Below are positions 1 to 10,053 of a DNA stretch of 20,349 bases, in pieces. The position numbers and the translations under genes were made by a program. Each line of letters opens with the position of its first letter. Position 1 is the first letter of the stretch. This DNA is from Octopus sinensis (Eukaryota): contig NW_021824005.1 of assembly GCF_006345805.1 (NCBI RefSeq), positions 1 through 20,349 of the forward strand, in the 5' to 3' direction. The notes under the pieces were generated by a model that saw only the letters and a program-made list of their open reading frames with translations, ran no database searches and was not told where the DNA came from.

Positions 1-56
1 ATATATATATATATATGAATATAATATTATATATATATATATTATATACATATATA

Positions 57-105
<49 letters not shown>

Positions 106-130
106 ATATATTGAGAATATATATATATAT
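1..130. repeat. (TA)n microsatellite
   Basis: Near-pure TA dinucleotide run. Similar runs occur at about 3385-3565, 7140-7315, 9323-9400 and 9990-10120. Confidence 0.95.
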
Positions 131-476
131 CTTTTGTCCTGCCCTTCGTAACGTGGAGTAGATGAAACAGGGACAACTGAAGGGGAATGTTCTTTATGTT
201 GTATGTCTCTTTTTCTCTATGTTTTTTGTTTTTATGTTTTTCGTTTCTCATTGTGTTCAACGTTTCTTATGTCCTGTACCCATATATGCATATATATGTA
301 GGTATGTACATATACTGTGTATATGTGCATATATTTAGATAATTTATAATATTATATATATATATATATATATATTTATATAGGTAAGGATAAGATCGTT
401 AATTTAATATGAAAGAACGATTTTTTCAGTGGTCAGCATCGTAGATACCCTAATTTATAATTTTATATATATATAT

Positions 477-664
477 ATAAATGGAGGTTAACGCAGGTTA
501 AAATCAAATACTTTTACTTTCGACGACACATGCTTTTTCACATCCCTGAAGAGAAAATTGTATTGTTTATACCATTTAATTCTTTTGAATAATATCAGTG
601 AATAATATTCGAAACATGTCAAAAGTAAAGTATTTGATTTATACCTGCGTTAAACTCCATTTAT
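477..664 (+). mobile_element. Foldback element (about 44-bp inverted arms) enclosing a hammerhead-like core; probably Penelope-like-element derived
   Basis: Arm 481-524 (atggaggttaacgcagg...ctttcgac) is the reverse complement of 618-660, with 4 mismatches and 1 gap by eye. TA-rich flanks. Homologous to about 19945-20130. Confidence 0.7.
546..625 (+). ncRNA. Degenerate type I hammerhead ribozyme motif (minimal, palindromic stem III)
   Basis: CTGAAGA 546-552; stem II gaaaattgt/ataatattc; GAAA 611-614; palindromic ACATGT 614-619; GTC cleavage triplet 618-620. Stem I is disrupted (catcc vs aaaag). Confidence 0.55.
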
Positions 665-807
665 TTATTTATATATTACAAAAATTCCAAGTAACCCCTA
701 AGTTTCTACCTTTAAAAACAAGGTTACACCCTCTTTCTTTACTTGTGTAATTTTTTGCTAGCCTGGTAAATACTTATCTATTTTTCCTTGTTAATTGTTA
801 ACAAGGG

Positions 808-811
<4 letters not shown>

Positions 812-880
<69 letters not shown>
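812..880. repeat. (CT)n-(TA)n compound microsatellite
   Basis: Directly visible. Confidence 0.9.
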
Positions 881-885
<5 letters not shown>

Positions 886-1071
886 TAAGGGTAGCAAAAT
901 ATTCTCCGCTACCAGCGGTCTAGTGAGAAAAAAAAATAGTCAAAGACTATATAATATACATTCAACATATATATGTGCTGCTGAGTAGACCGCGCAATTG
1001 CGGTAGAATTTAGAGCATATGGACTGGAGGCTTCTTTACCATAGCCTCGTGGACATATACTCGTCCTAGGC

Positions 1072-1166
1072 TCTCTGCTGACGAGGCACGCCGGATGTAA
1101 ATGAATTTAATTTAATTTAATTAATTTATTTGCCTAAGTTTGCCGAAACTATGCATAGTCCAGAGA
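1072..1166 (+). ncRNA. Type I hammerhead ribozyme, full consensus core
   Basis: Stem I tctctg 1072-1077 / cagaga 1161-1166 (6 bp); CTGACGA 1078-1084; stem II ggca 1085-1088 / tgcc 1141-1144; GAAA 1145-1148; stem III acta/tagt closing a TGCA loop (whole ACTATGCATAGT 1148-1159 is palindromic); GTC with cleavage after C1160. Confidence 0.85.
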
Positions 1167-1347
1167 TGAAAGGGGTAAACGTTTTTATTTCTCTTTCTAT
1201 TTCAGAATTACAACTATTTAGCGGTTTGAGTTTGGCTGCTCTTTCTAGTGAGTCGAATGTCCTATATGGCCATTCCGTATATTGTTGAATATATATATAT
1301 AATGTTGTTTAATTTCACTTTGTTACTTCTAGAACCAGCTGTTCCAT

Positions 1348-2470
1348 TTGGAAAATCTTTTGAACGAACTGACGAAATTACATAAACGAAGTGTAAATGA
1401 GAAAGAAAAGCTACGATATTTCAATGCTATTGGCAAGTACCAGTCCTTGAAAATACTCCTGGTAGATAGACTCAACCAAAATGAAGAACGGGCTGGACTC
1501 CTCATGGACTCAATCCCAGTTCTTTGTATTTATTGTAAGACCTTCAGGCAGTATTTGAATTGTACTCAAGAGAATTATATTCATAAACTTTGCGGACTGC
1601 GATCTAATTTATATGAAATCGATATTCAACAACGATTAAAGATTGTAGAATAAAGAATGGTTTATGATTTTACATTTTTGGTATGATTGACTACATTATA
1701 GGTATGGGCAGTTCAATAGATGAACTCAAACATATCACAGTCTGATGAAGGATAAGCAAGCCGAGACTTCGAAGCCGTGTCAAAGCTGTTCTTGTTAAAG
1801 AATAATAAATAAAACGATTGAAAAGGTTGCAAGACGCAACGAAAACTTTAGGACAATAAAAATAAGAAAAACGTGGAAATTTTACCGGTGAGTGTGTTAC
1901 ATAATAAGGCACAAAAGAAAATGGCTCTCCCCAGAAACAATAGAATATATATTTCTTTACTACCCACAAGGGGCTAAACACAGACGGGACAAACAAGGAC
2001 AGACAAACGGATTAAGTCGATTATATCGACCCCAGTGTGTAACTGGTACTTAATTCATCGACCCCGAAAGGATGAAAGGCAAAGTCGACCTTGGCGGAAT
2101 TTGAACTCGGAACGTGACGACAGACGAAATACAGCTACGCATTTCGCCCAGCGTGCTAACGTTTCTGCCAGCTCGCCGCCGAAACAATAGAATATACTTC
2201 AACACACGAACTCATATAAAGACTCCTGCAAACCAAATCCCAAAACGAAAAATAGTAAATAAATACTCGAGAAAAAGTATTCTGTTTAAAGTAAAATTAT
2301 TGTCAGATAACCAGATATTGGATAGCTGGATGGTTATCTAAAACACATGTGCTTCCGAGTCAGAGATGGAAGGCATAGAATAAACATTCGACTGTTCCTT
2401 GTGGCAGGAGGTGACAAAATGCCACATTTCGTTTGTGGTTGTTGTAAAAAGGAGAGAGCGGGAACGAAAT
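1348..2470 (+). pseudogene. Possible heavily decayed non-LTR retrotransposon ORF2 C-terminal region, interrupted by a SINE
   Basis: Weak resemblance to post-RT LINE motifs (IYCKTF.. LYEIDIQQRL; later LDGYLKHM..HFVCGC). The frame carries many stops but continues across the SINE once one TSD copy is removed. Weak evidence. Confidence 0.25.
1950..2180 (-). mobile_element. tRNA-derived SINE (abundant octopus-type family), full length with TSD
   Basis: Minus-strand head ggcggcgagctggcagaaacg with B-box GTTCAAATTCC; core ...gtcgactttgcctttcatcctttcggggtcgat. Perfect 16-bp TSD gaaacaatagaatata at 1934-1949 and 2181-2196. Confidence 0.9.
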
Positions 2471-2730
2471 GAAGTCACGGAAAATAATTGTGTGGAATTT
2501 ACTAAGAGTTACGTCCCTTGGTCTCTAAATTCTTACGTTTGGCTATAAGAATGCGAATCTGTTGGGTAGAAATATGTGTAGGGTGTTAAGGGGTTGGTAG
2601 GCGTGTAGGGCTGGTACATGTGTCGGAGTTCTTTGGTGGGGTTGGAATAGGGGCGCAGATGCCTGAACCTATAACACCCTGTTTGGGAACGTATTCATAT
2701 GTGCATTTATATGTATATAGTGTTTTTGAA

Positions 2731-3054
2731 GGCACGTGACTTAGTGGCAAGGGGCCATTCGCCTCGCGGTCGTAAGGTCCTTAGTTCGATTCCCGTTGGC
2801 GCGTTTTATCTTTGAGCAAGATACTTTATTTCACGTTGCTCCAGTCCACTCACCTGGCGAACATGAGTAATACTCATAGTTCAAAGGGCCAGTTCTATCA
2901 CACTCTATGTCATACTGAATTCTCCATGAGAACTAACTTAAGAGTACCTGTGTCTGTGGAGTGCTCAGCCACTTTCACGTTAATTTCACGGCAGGACGTT
3001 CCGTTGATCAGATCAACTGGGACCCTCGTCATTGTAATCGACATTGTGTCACTC
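2731..3054 (+). mobile_element. tRNA-derived SINE with CORE-like central domain (second family)
   Basis: A-box-like tgacttagtgg, B-box gttcgattccc, then ttgagcaagatactttatttcac (CORE-like). Ends in a TA microsatellite. Confidence 0.75.
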
Positions 3055-3189
3055 ATATATATATATATATATATATATATAAATGGTTTAGCTAAAGACT
3101 TGGTTGTGTTCCCAAGATGTAATATGGGGAAGGCAGATAGGGGACAGTTTAGTGATTATAGTCCTGGAAAGCCTGTCATCATCTTCCTC

Positions 3190-3280
3190 ATACTCATTTA
3201 ACTTCCGTGCACCAGACTTCTGTGACAGTTTTGGCTGGATTTTTACAGCTAGATGCCTTTCCTAATACCAACCACTCAGC
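3190..3280 (+). mobile_element. Fragment of an interspersed repeat carrying the ttctacagctggatgcccttcctaac motif
   Basis: ttttacagctagatgcctttcctaatacaaccact matches the motif at 14171-14207. Confidence 0.5.
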
Positions 3281-3381
3281 AAATTACCGAATAATTGTCA
3301 CCTATTATATTTACAGATAAATTCCTCTATTTACATAATATTGAGTTTTCTTTCATTCTTTTGCTGTCTTACCATTTCTAT

Positions 3382-3426
<45 letters not shown>

Positions 3427-3458
3427 ATATACAAATATATATAAATATTATATGTATA

Positions 3459-3496
<38 letters not shown>

Positions 3497-3503
3497 TATA
3501 TAG

Positions 3504-3558
<55 letters not shown>

Positions 3559-3574
3559 TATATAATAAAAGTAT

Positions 3575-3940
3575 AGACAAACAGATTAAGTCGATTATAT
3601 CGACCCCAGTGCGTATCTGGTACTTATTTAATAGACCCCAAATGGATGAAAGGCGAAGTTGACCTCGGTGAAATTTGAACTCAGAACGTAGCGGCAGACG
3701 AAATACCTATTTCTTTTCTACCCACAAGAGGTTAAACACAGAGAGGTCGAACGCAGACAGACAAACGGATTAAGTCGATTACATCGACCCCAGTACGTAA
3801 CTGGTACTTAATTTATCGAACCCGAAAGGATGAAAGGCAAAGTCGACCTCGGCGGAATTTGAACTCAGAATACAGCGGCAGACGAAATACCGCTCAGCTT
3901 TTCGCCCGGCGTGCTAACGTTTCTGCCAGCTCGCCGCCTT
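3575..3940 (-). mobile_element. Head-to-tail SINE dimer: full copy (3707-3940) followed by a head-truncated copy (3575-3706)
   Basis: Both units align with the SINE at 1950-2180. The junction reads ...agaaatag|gtatttcgtctgcc on the minus strand. Confidence 0.85.
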
Positions 3941-4055
3941 ATTTATAGCAATATACACAATAGTTACACGGGTGTACACACCGTTGAGAACAAAGGGTGG
4001 GTAGAAGTAGGTCGACCGTTATTGTACGTGAACTTGTTATCATACTCACGGTTCA

Positions 4056-5367
4056 CAGGTCAAGAGAGAAATACCTTATTCATGGTTCCCTTACTGACAG
4101 AACACAAACTGGAATGGCAAACGAGAAGTTTCAGATTCGATTTCGAATCTCAGCTAGGAAGAGAAATTCCAGTTTCTACAACACTCACCTTCATTGTGAA
4201 GAGCTAAAAATCGAACGATACAGTTGCTTGTGCAGTCATGACTGCATGTGTGTTTCAAGAAAAATGCAGAAAATGTATAAACAGTCATTTACAAACGAAT
4301 GAATACTTGTCAAAAACAGGTCAGGAGAGTGCAGTGGTTCATGAAGGCTTGGCGTGGATTCGATCCTCAATCGCCAAATTTAATTAAACACTTCAACAGC
4401 TTTTTTCTCACGGCAAAACAATAGTTTTTCTGTGAGTGACAGCAGTTACATTTGCCAGATACCATCGCTAAGCAGAATAATGGTTTTGCCACTTGACCCT
4501 TATAATCTCTTCTGGGCCACCAAAAGCTAGAATAGAGATAACAGGTACCACCAACGAAATCTATTGTTCTCAACAATGTGTCTATCCTTCTGGCTGGTTT
4601 TGGATAGTTATAAAAACAAGAACTCCGCAAGCCAAAGTCAGTTAGTGAGAACCGAGTCTGGCTGACGGCTGAACAATGGGACAACTATGTTAACTCACCA
4701 ACGAAGCAGTTGTTTCCTCCCACCACTCTCCCTTTCACTAACTCACTTTCTTTTCTCTGTAACATTACCATCACTCTCTATATATACTACTATGAGATCG
4801 TGTACACGCCTACCGGCCGAAATTAGATCTTTGTACCTCGCATGCTTTTCCATTTAACCAGTTATACATACCAACCTGTCGTGGTTTTGGAGATATATTA
4901 ATGTAAAGGTAAATAATATCTCTTTACAACTTCAATCTCTGTTCTTCTCCCAATCTTGCACACCGGCAACCAACACCTTAACAACAAAAACCGTTACAAT
5001 TGGTGACCCTCAACTGCAGCGAAGTACTAACCGTTACAAGAGGGAAATACCTTAATCATGGTTCCCTTATTGACAGAACCATGGGTGGAATGGCAAGAGA
5101 GAAGTTTTAGATTGGAAATTCGAATCTCAATCAGGAAGAGAATATTAGTTCCTACAACACCCACCTTCTTGTGAGAGAGGTAAAATCGAACGATACAGGT
5201 GCTTGTGATGTTACGACTGCATATGTGTTTCAGGGAAAATTCAGAAAAGGGATATACAGTCATTTACAAACGAATGAATACTTGTCAAAAACAGGCCACG
5301 AGAGAAATACATTAATCATGGTTCCCTTATTGAGAGAACAATAAGTGGAATGGCAAGAGAGAAGTTA
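4056..5367. repeat. Tandem repeat with a unit of about 261 bp (two units plus a partial third), split by an LTR insertion
   Basis: Unit junction ..cagg(t/c)ca(a/g/c)gAGAG..aaatac has AGAG at 4065, 4326/5039 and 5301, giving periods of 261 and 262 bp. Units 4065-4325 and 5039-5300 align end to end. Confidence 0.85.
4330..5038 (+). mobile_element. LTR-retrotransposon remnant (Gypsy-like) with 4-bp TSD and a tRNA-Trp primer-binding site
   Basis: Termini TGCAGTGG (4330) and CCGTTACA (5038) flanked by AGAG at 4326-4329 and 5039-5042. An internal LTR end CCGTTACA at 4998 is followed by TGGTGACCC (5001-5009), complementary to the tRNA-Trp 3' end. Confidence 0.7.
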
Positions 5368-5439
5368 GTCATCATCAGTAGACGTTTTGGGTTTAGCACA
5401 AAAAATAGGTGGGCGTCAAAAGTGTTCTGTATGTTCCCA

Positions 5440-5670
5440 TGAAAAACTCTCTCTTAAAAAGCTTGAGTACCTCCATTGAATACATAAATTCGGCATTTGG
5501 GACGCTTGACTGGTCTGTAGAAGAAATCCACTGCATAGACATTAAAACCCGCAAGGTTCTGACGTCAACCAGAAATCTCCACAGAAATTGTGATATCGAC
5601 AGGTTTCTCTACCTGGGAAGAGATAAAGCAGGTAGGCGTTTGAGATCCGTGCATACAGCATTTGAAATGT
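5440..5670 (+). pseudogene. R4/Dong-like (RLE group) non-LTR retrotransposon RT C-terminal fragment
   Basis: FGTLDWSVEEIHCIDIKTRKVLT..H..DIDRFLYLGRDKAGRRL matches the family pattern FG..DW...E...D.KTRK.LT....H...D.DRLY.PR..GGRGL. Confidence 0.8.
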
Positions 5671-5734
5671 CACATAGTTTCTCTGATAGCACTAAATACT
5701 AGACAGATACAGGAAAGATATACGAAGAAAAGTG

Positions 5735-5752
5735 ATAGATAGATAGATAGAC

Positions 5753-5796
<44 letters not shown>

Positions 5797-5857
5797 GATG
5801 GATGGATGGATGGATAGATAGATAGGTAGGTAGGTAGGTAGGTAGGTAGGTAGGTAG

Positions 5858-5910
<53 letters not shown>

Positions 5911-5915
5911 GTAGG

Positions 5916-5964
<49 letters not shown>

Positions 5965-5965
5965 G
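5735..5965. repeat. (GATA)n/(GGTA)n/(GGAT)n compound tetranucleotide microsatellite
   Basis: Directly visible. Confidence 0.95.
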
Positions 5966-6015
5966 TAGAGAGAGTGCTTTTGACAGTGATGATTGGAAGC
6001 ATGTCAGATGAATGA

Positions 6016-6047
<32 letters not shown>

Positions 6048-6517
6048 TGAAAATAGAGGGAATGAAGCGAGATATAGAGAAGAAAGGAGAACGAATCAAC
6101 AGCGTCGATAGAGTAATTAGACTGTGACAGGGAGGGGGGAATAACTCACCTCGATATTCATTCAGTGTGTAGTTTTCGTGAGGAAATGAAGGAGAAAAAT
6201 CCAGTTTTCCACATTTATATCAACCGCTGTTGTTGTTAAAAAATGAAGAAGATAATAATCTAGGCACATTGGATTACGTAGCCCTAGATACACAGTGGTT
6301 TAAAATGAGAGGGGATGTCACAGCTAAGACGTCTTTTTGAACCTATGGGTCTGCTTGTTCAGGATTGAAGGGAGTTTAAAGGACATCAACGTCAGGAGCA
6401 GGTGATTATTATTTTAAATATCTTTTATTTGTTTCAGTCGCTGTGGCCATGCTGTACACTTCCCCTCAAAGTAGCATAGAAATGTCAGTTCAATAGCCAT
6501 TTTGTAAGCCTTGCAGT

Positions 6518-6519
6518 GA

Positions 6520-6553
<34 letters not shown>

Positions 6554-6637
6554 AGAGAAAGAGAGAAAGAGAGAGAAGGAGAGAGAGAGAAGGAGAGAGA
6601 GAGAAAGAGAGAAAAAGAGAGAGAGAGAGAGAGAGAG
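6518..6637. repeat. (GT)n-(GA)n microsatellite
   Basis: Directly visible. Confidence 0.9.
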
Positions 6638-7200
6638 TGGTGGGGGAGAACTTTGCAAACAATGAATGAAATAAACAAGAAAAGGAAAAGTCGTATAAAT
6701 AAAAGGGCCTTACTACAGATGTATACGCCCCCGATTTTGTTGCCCCATGATATCCAGAGAAAGGGATCCCTTTTAACAAAATTTTCTACAAATACCGCTT
6801 AGATGTTGTGGCTTCAGAGTTTAAAGGGATTTATGAGAAAGCATTTTTCCGAGGCGGCAGAGAGAGAAGTTTTGGAAAATTCACAAGATTGACTTTTTCC
6901 CTTCATAACTTTCAGGAAGATGGGTATCTTTTAATGAAAATTTATGCAAATCCCTTTCAAACGGCATAGATCATGATTATAAAGAAATTTGTGGGGAGAA
7001 ATTTTTCAGGGATTTTGCTCATGTTTTTAAAACACAGCGTTGGAAATGATGGGTGGGGGTCATTGCTAGTGGAATTCCAGCTGAGGTAATTCCATCCCTA
7101 TTTTCAATGGTAATACACACATACACTCACCCACACACACATATATATATATGTGTATATATATATATATATGTATATATTATATATATATATATATATC

Positions 7201-7305
<105 letters not shown>

Positions 7306-7540
7306 TATATATATAGTGTTTTGATATAATGTCAGCGTTATGATATAATCTCAGTATTATGATATTATCTGACCGTGATTATGTCATAATACTCAAAATG
7401 AAACATTATCTAGAATTCATTTTTGGGTAATAATACTTTACACTACAAATGCACTGTTAGGCTGCGATAAATATCACTGTCTCCTTTTCTCTGTCTCTGT
7501 CTGTCTGTCTCTGATTGTCCGTCTGTCCGTCTGTCACTCT

Positions 7541-7579
<39 letters not shown>

Positions 7580-8115
7580 GTCAACGTTTGCATAATTGGG
7601 AAAGTATACAGACACCTCATATCACTTATTTTTTTAACCTGTGTGGAATTCCAGCTGAGTGTAATTCCATCCCCATTTTCAATGGTAATACACACATACA
7701 CAAGCACATACAACTATGAACACCCACATGCAAGCATACATACATATGTTCGTAATCCACACATACATACGTACAGGCACACACACCCATACATACTTGC
7801 GAGAAGCAATTATGTCAGCAACCTAAATTTGTCGAAAAAAAACTATGTCACCTTACCAAACAAAGCCACTCAGACAAACTGCACAATTAATAATAGTCGT
7901 ATTGACAACAGAGTACGCGCTTTCTTAAACAACTCAATAAACTGTTTTTTGAAGGGAATGTGAACGACAAGAAACTTGATCATGGCGAACCAAATAATAA
8001 AAGATCCCCGCCATGAAAGTAGGTTTCTCTGTGGAAGATGCACAGAATTTTATAAGTCTATGGACACATGAGAGGGGAAACATGATTTTCTGAAATGCCT
8101 TGAGGCTTTCTGGAA

Positions 8116-8447
8116 CAGTGGTTCTCAGCCATGCTGTATATATGACTCCCGGGGAAGTTGGGAGAGGCTCTATAAGCCTTTTTGGGGAGTCCACGCAAGC
8201 AAAATTAAACTGGGGAATCACAGAAGTGTTTGAAGGATCAATGAAAAATATTCTGTTTCAAGTGTATTTCTTGTAAGAAACAGCTAAATTTCTTTCCCTG
8301 ACGTTTTACATGGTTCAAACTACACAAGTGAATGTGTGACAACAAAATAGGAATTTTGGAAGAAGTATCTATAAAATTAGTTATTAAACACATTGAGTGG
8401 CGGTTGGAGTGGGGTCCACCAGAATAAAATAATAATTAAAGGGGTCC
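8116..8447 (+). mobile_element. Probable hAT/Charlie-type non-autonomous DNA transposon, one-end fragment
   Basis: Starts CAGTGGTTCTCAGCC, resembling the Charlie TIR CAGTGGTTCTCAA(A/C)C. No matching opposite TIR was found. Confidence 0.4.
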
Positions 8448-8469
8448 CTTTTACCTTTATTCTTGTTTT

Positions 8470-8655
8470 TATCATTTGATTGCAGCCATGCTGGTGTACT
8501 GGCTTGAAGGGTTTTAGGGTTTTAGTCAAACAAACGACCACGGGACTTATTTCTTAAGCATACTGCTTATTCTGTCAACCTCTTTTGCTAAATCACTAAG
8601 TTCTGGAGATGTAAACACACCAGCACCGGTTGTCAAATGGTGATGAGGGAGGGGG
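8470..8655. mobile_element. Octopus-type SINE-like interspersed repeat (third family), ending in a CA-rich tail
   Basis: tcatttgattgcagccatgctgg...gatgtaaacacaccagcaccggttgtcaa followed by (CA)n. Recognised as a common octopus repeat; a short related piece lies at about 6425-6450. Confidence 0.55.
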
Positions 8656-8720
8656 CACGCACATACACACCACCCACACATCCACACACACCCATACATA
8701 CATATATATGTGTGTGTGTG

Positions 8721-8758
<38 letters not shown>

Positions 8759-8762
<4 letters not shown>

Positions 8763-9321
8763 TTGTCCGGAAAATTGTTGCCGATTTTTAAAGGAAAGAA
8801 AAAGGTCAATAAATACCTGCCATTACATTTTTAATCATCCAATATGAACCATTTTGTTGTAAGATGCGTCTCCATCTTCCCTTTAACTTGAAAATACCCT
8901 CTTCCCAGAAATGAGGTGGTTTCATGGCAAAGAATTCATCAAGGTATCTTTTTACATCATCAAAGGAATTGAAATTTTTACCATTAGGACTATTCTGCAG
9001 AGACCTGAATAAGTGAAAATCCGAAGGAGTAATATCTGGGGGAATATGGAGGGTGGAGTAACACGTCCCAGCCGAGCTGCAGGAATTGTTGTCTGGTTCC
9101 CAAAGCATCAAGTGTCGAAAATGAACTTTCTTATCTTCCATTTCAAAGGGTTACAGAATTAATACAGGTTATAGGAACATAAACATTCTTCCACGAAAAG
9201 ATAGCTTAAAGTGTGCTCTAAATGGAGGTGTAGTCAAATCCTATTTTATGGACGCAACCATATTCGAAAATAAGTCGAAATATAAGCTACTATAAATCAG
9301 CATGAACTTTCCAGACAACCC

Positions 9322-9322
<1 letters not shown>
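8759..9322 (-). mobile_element. Internally deleted mariner (Tc1/mariner) element
   Basis: Imperfect TIRs of about 30 bp (ttggttgtccggaaaattgttgccgattt / aaatcagcatgaactttccagacaaccca) with TA flanks. The minus strand encodes the transposase C-terminus PDITPSDFHLFRSLQNS..GKNF..W..GI.KL..RW (SPDLAPSD-like third-Asp motif). Confidence 0.9.
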
Positions 9323-9390
<68 letters not shown>

Positions 9391-9397
9391 TATATAT

Positions 9398-9556
9398 ATT
9401 ATATTATATTAAATTAGAGATAAAACCACTATTAGTCAAATAAAACAGTGAAAAACATAAGTCAATACGTAAAATTGATTTAAAAATATAAAAGTTAAAA
9501 ATTAAAAGATTATTTAAATAATTTAAATTTATAAATTTTAAATATGTATATATACA

Positions 9557-9589
<33 letters not shown>

Positions 9590-9983
9590 ATTTTTATATT
9601 TATATATTATTTTATTTATTAATTAATTTATTTATTTATTTATTTTATTTTTTATATAAATATCAAAAGTATTAAAAGTTTAATGAAAGATAAAGACTAA
9701 ACTTTTAATACGTTTGATATTTACATAAAAATAAATTTTTTTAAATAAATAAATAAATAATTAATTAATTAATTAATTAATTAAATAATATATAAATATA
9801 TAATATACATACATATATATATATGTATATTTGTATATATATATATTTAAAATTTATAAATTTAAATTATTTAAATAATTTTTTCAGTTTTAACTTTTAT
9901 ATTTTTAAATTAATTTTATGTATTGGCTTATGTTTTTCACTGTTTTATTTGCCTAATAGTGGTTTTATCTCTAATTTAATATA

Positions 9984-9990
<7 letters not shown>
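9398..9990. repeat. 593-bp AT-rich foldback palindrome
   Basis: 9398-9682 is a near-exact reverse complement of 9698-9990, with a 15-nt spacer atgaaagataaagac (9683-9697). Flanked by (TA)n. Confidence 0.9.

Positions 9991-10053
<63 letters not shown>

Noticed and set aside
42-260. ORFs rich in YI/IY, LS, CV or YLPT (e.g. 42-260, 3353-3580, 5670-6002, 6414-6779, 7053-7316, 9971-10294, 13469-14066, 17215-17649)
   Set aside because: These are translations of TA, GA, GT, GATA and GGTA microsatellites, not genes.
1369-1420. CTGACGA followed by a short hairpin and GAAA
   Set aside because: No stem III/NUH or stem I pairing follows; probably chance.
1742-1782. CTGATGA...GAGA-CTTCGAAG (hammerhead-like with a palindrome)
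   Set aside because: GAAA is GAGA, U16.1 is missing and stem I does not register. At best an unprovable relic.
2731-2800. tRNA-like A/B boxes here and in the other SINE heads
   Set aside because: No complete cloverleaf, and each continues into a SINE body, so these are not tRNA genes.
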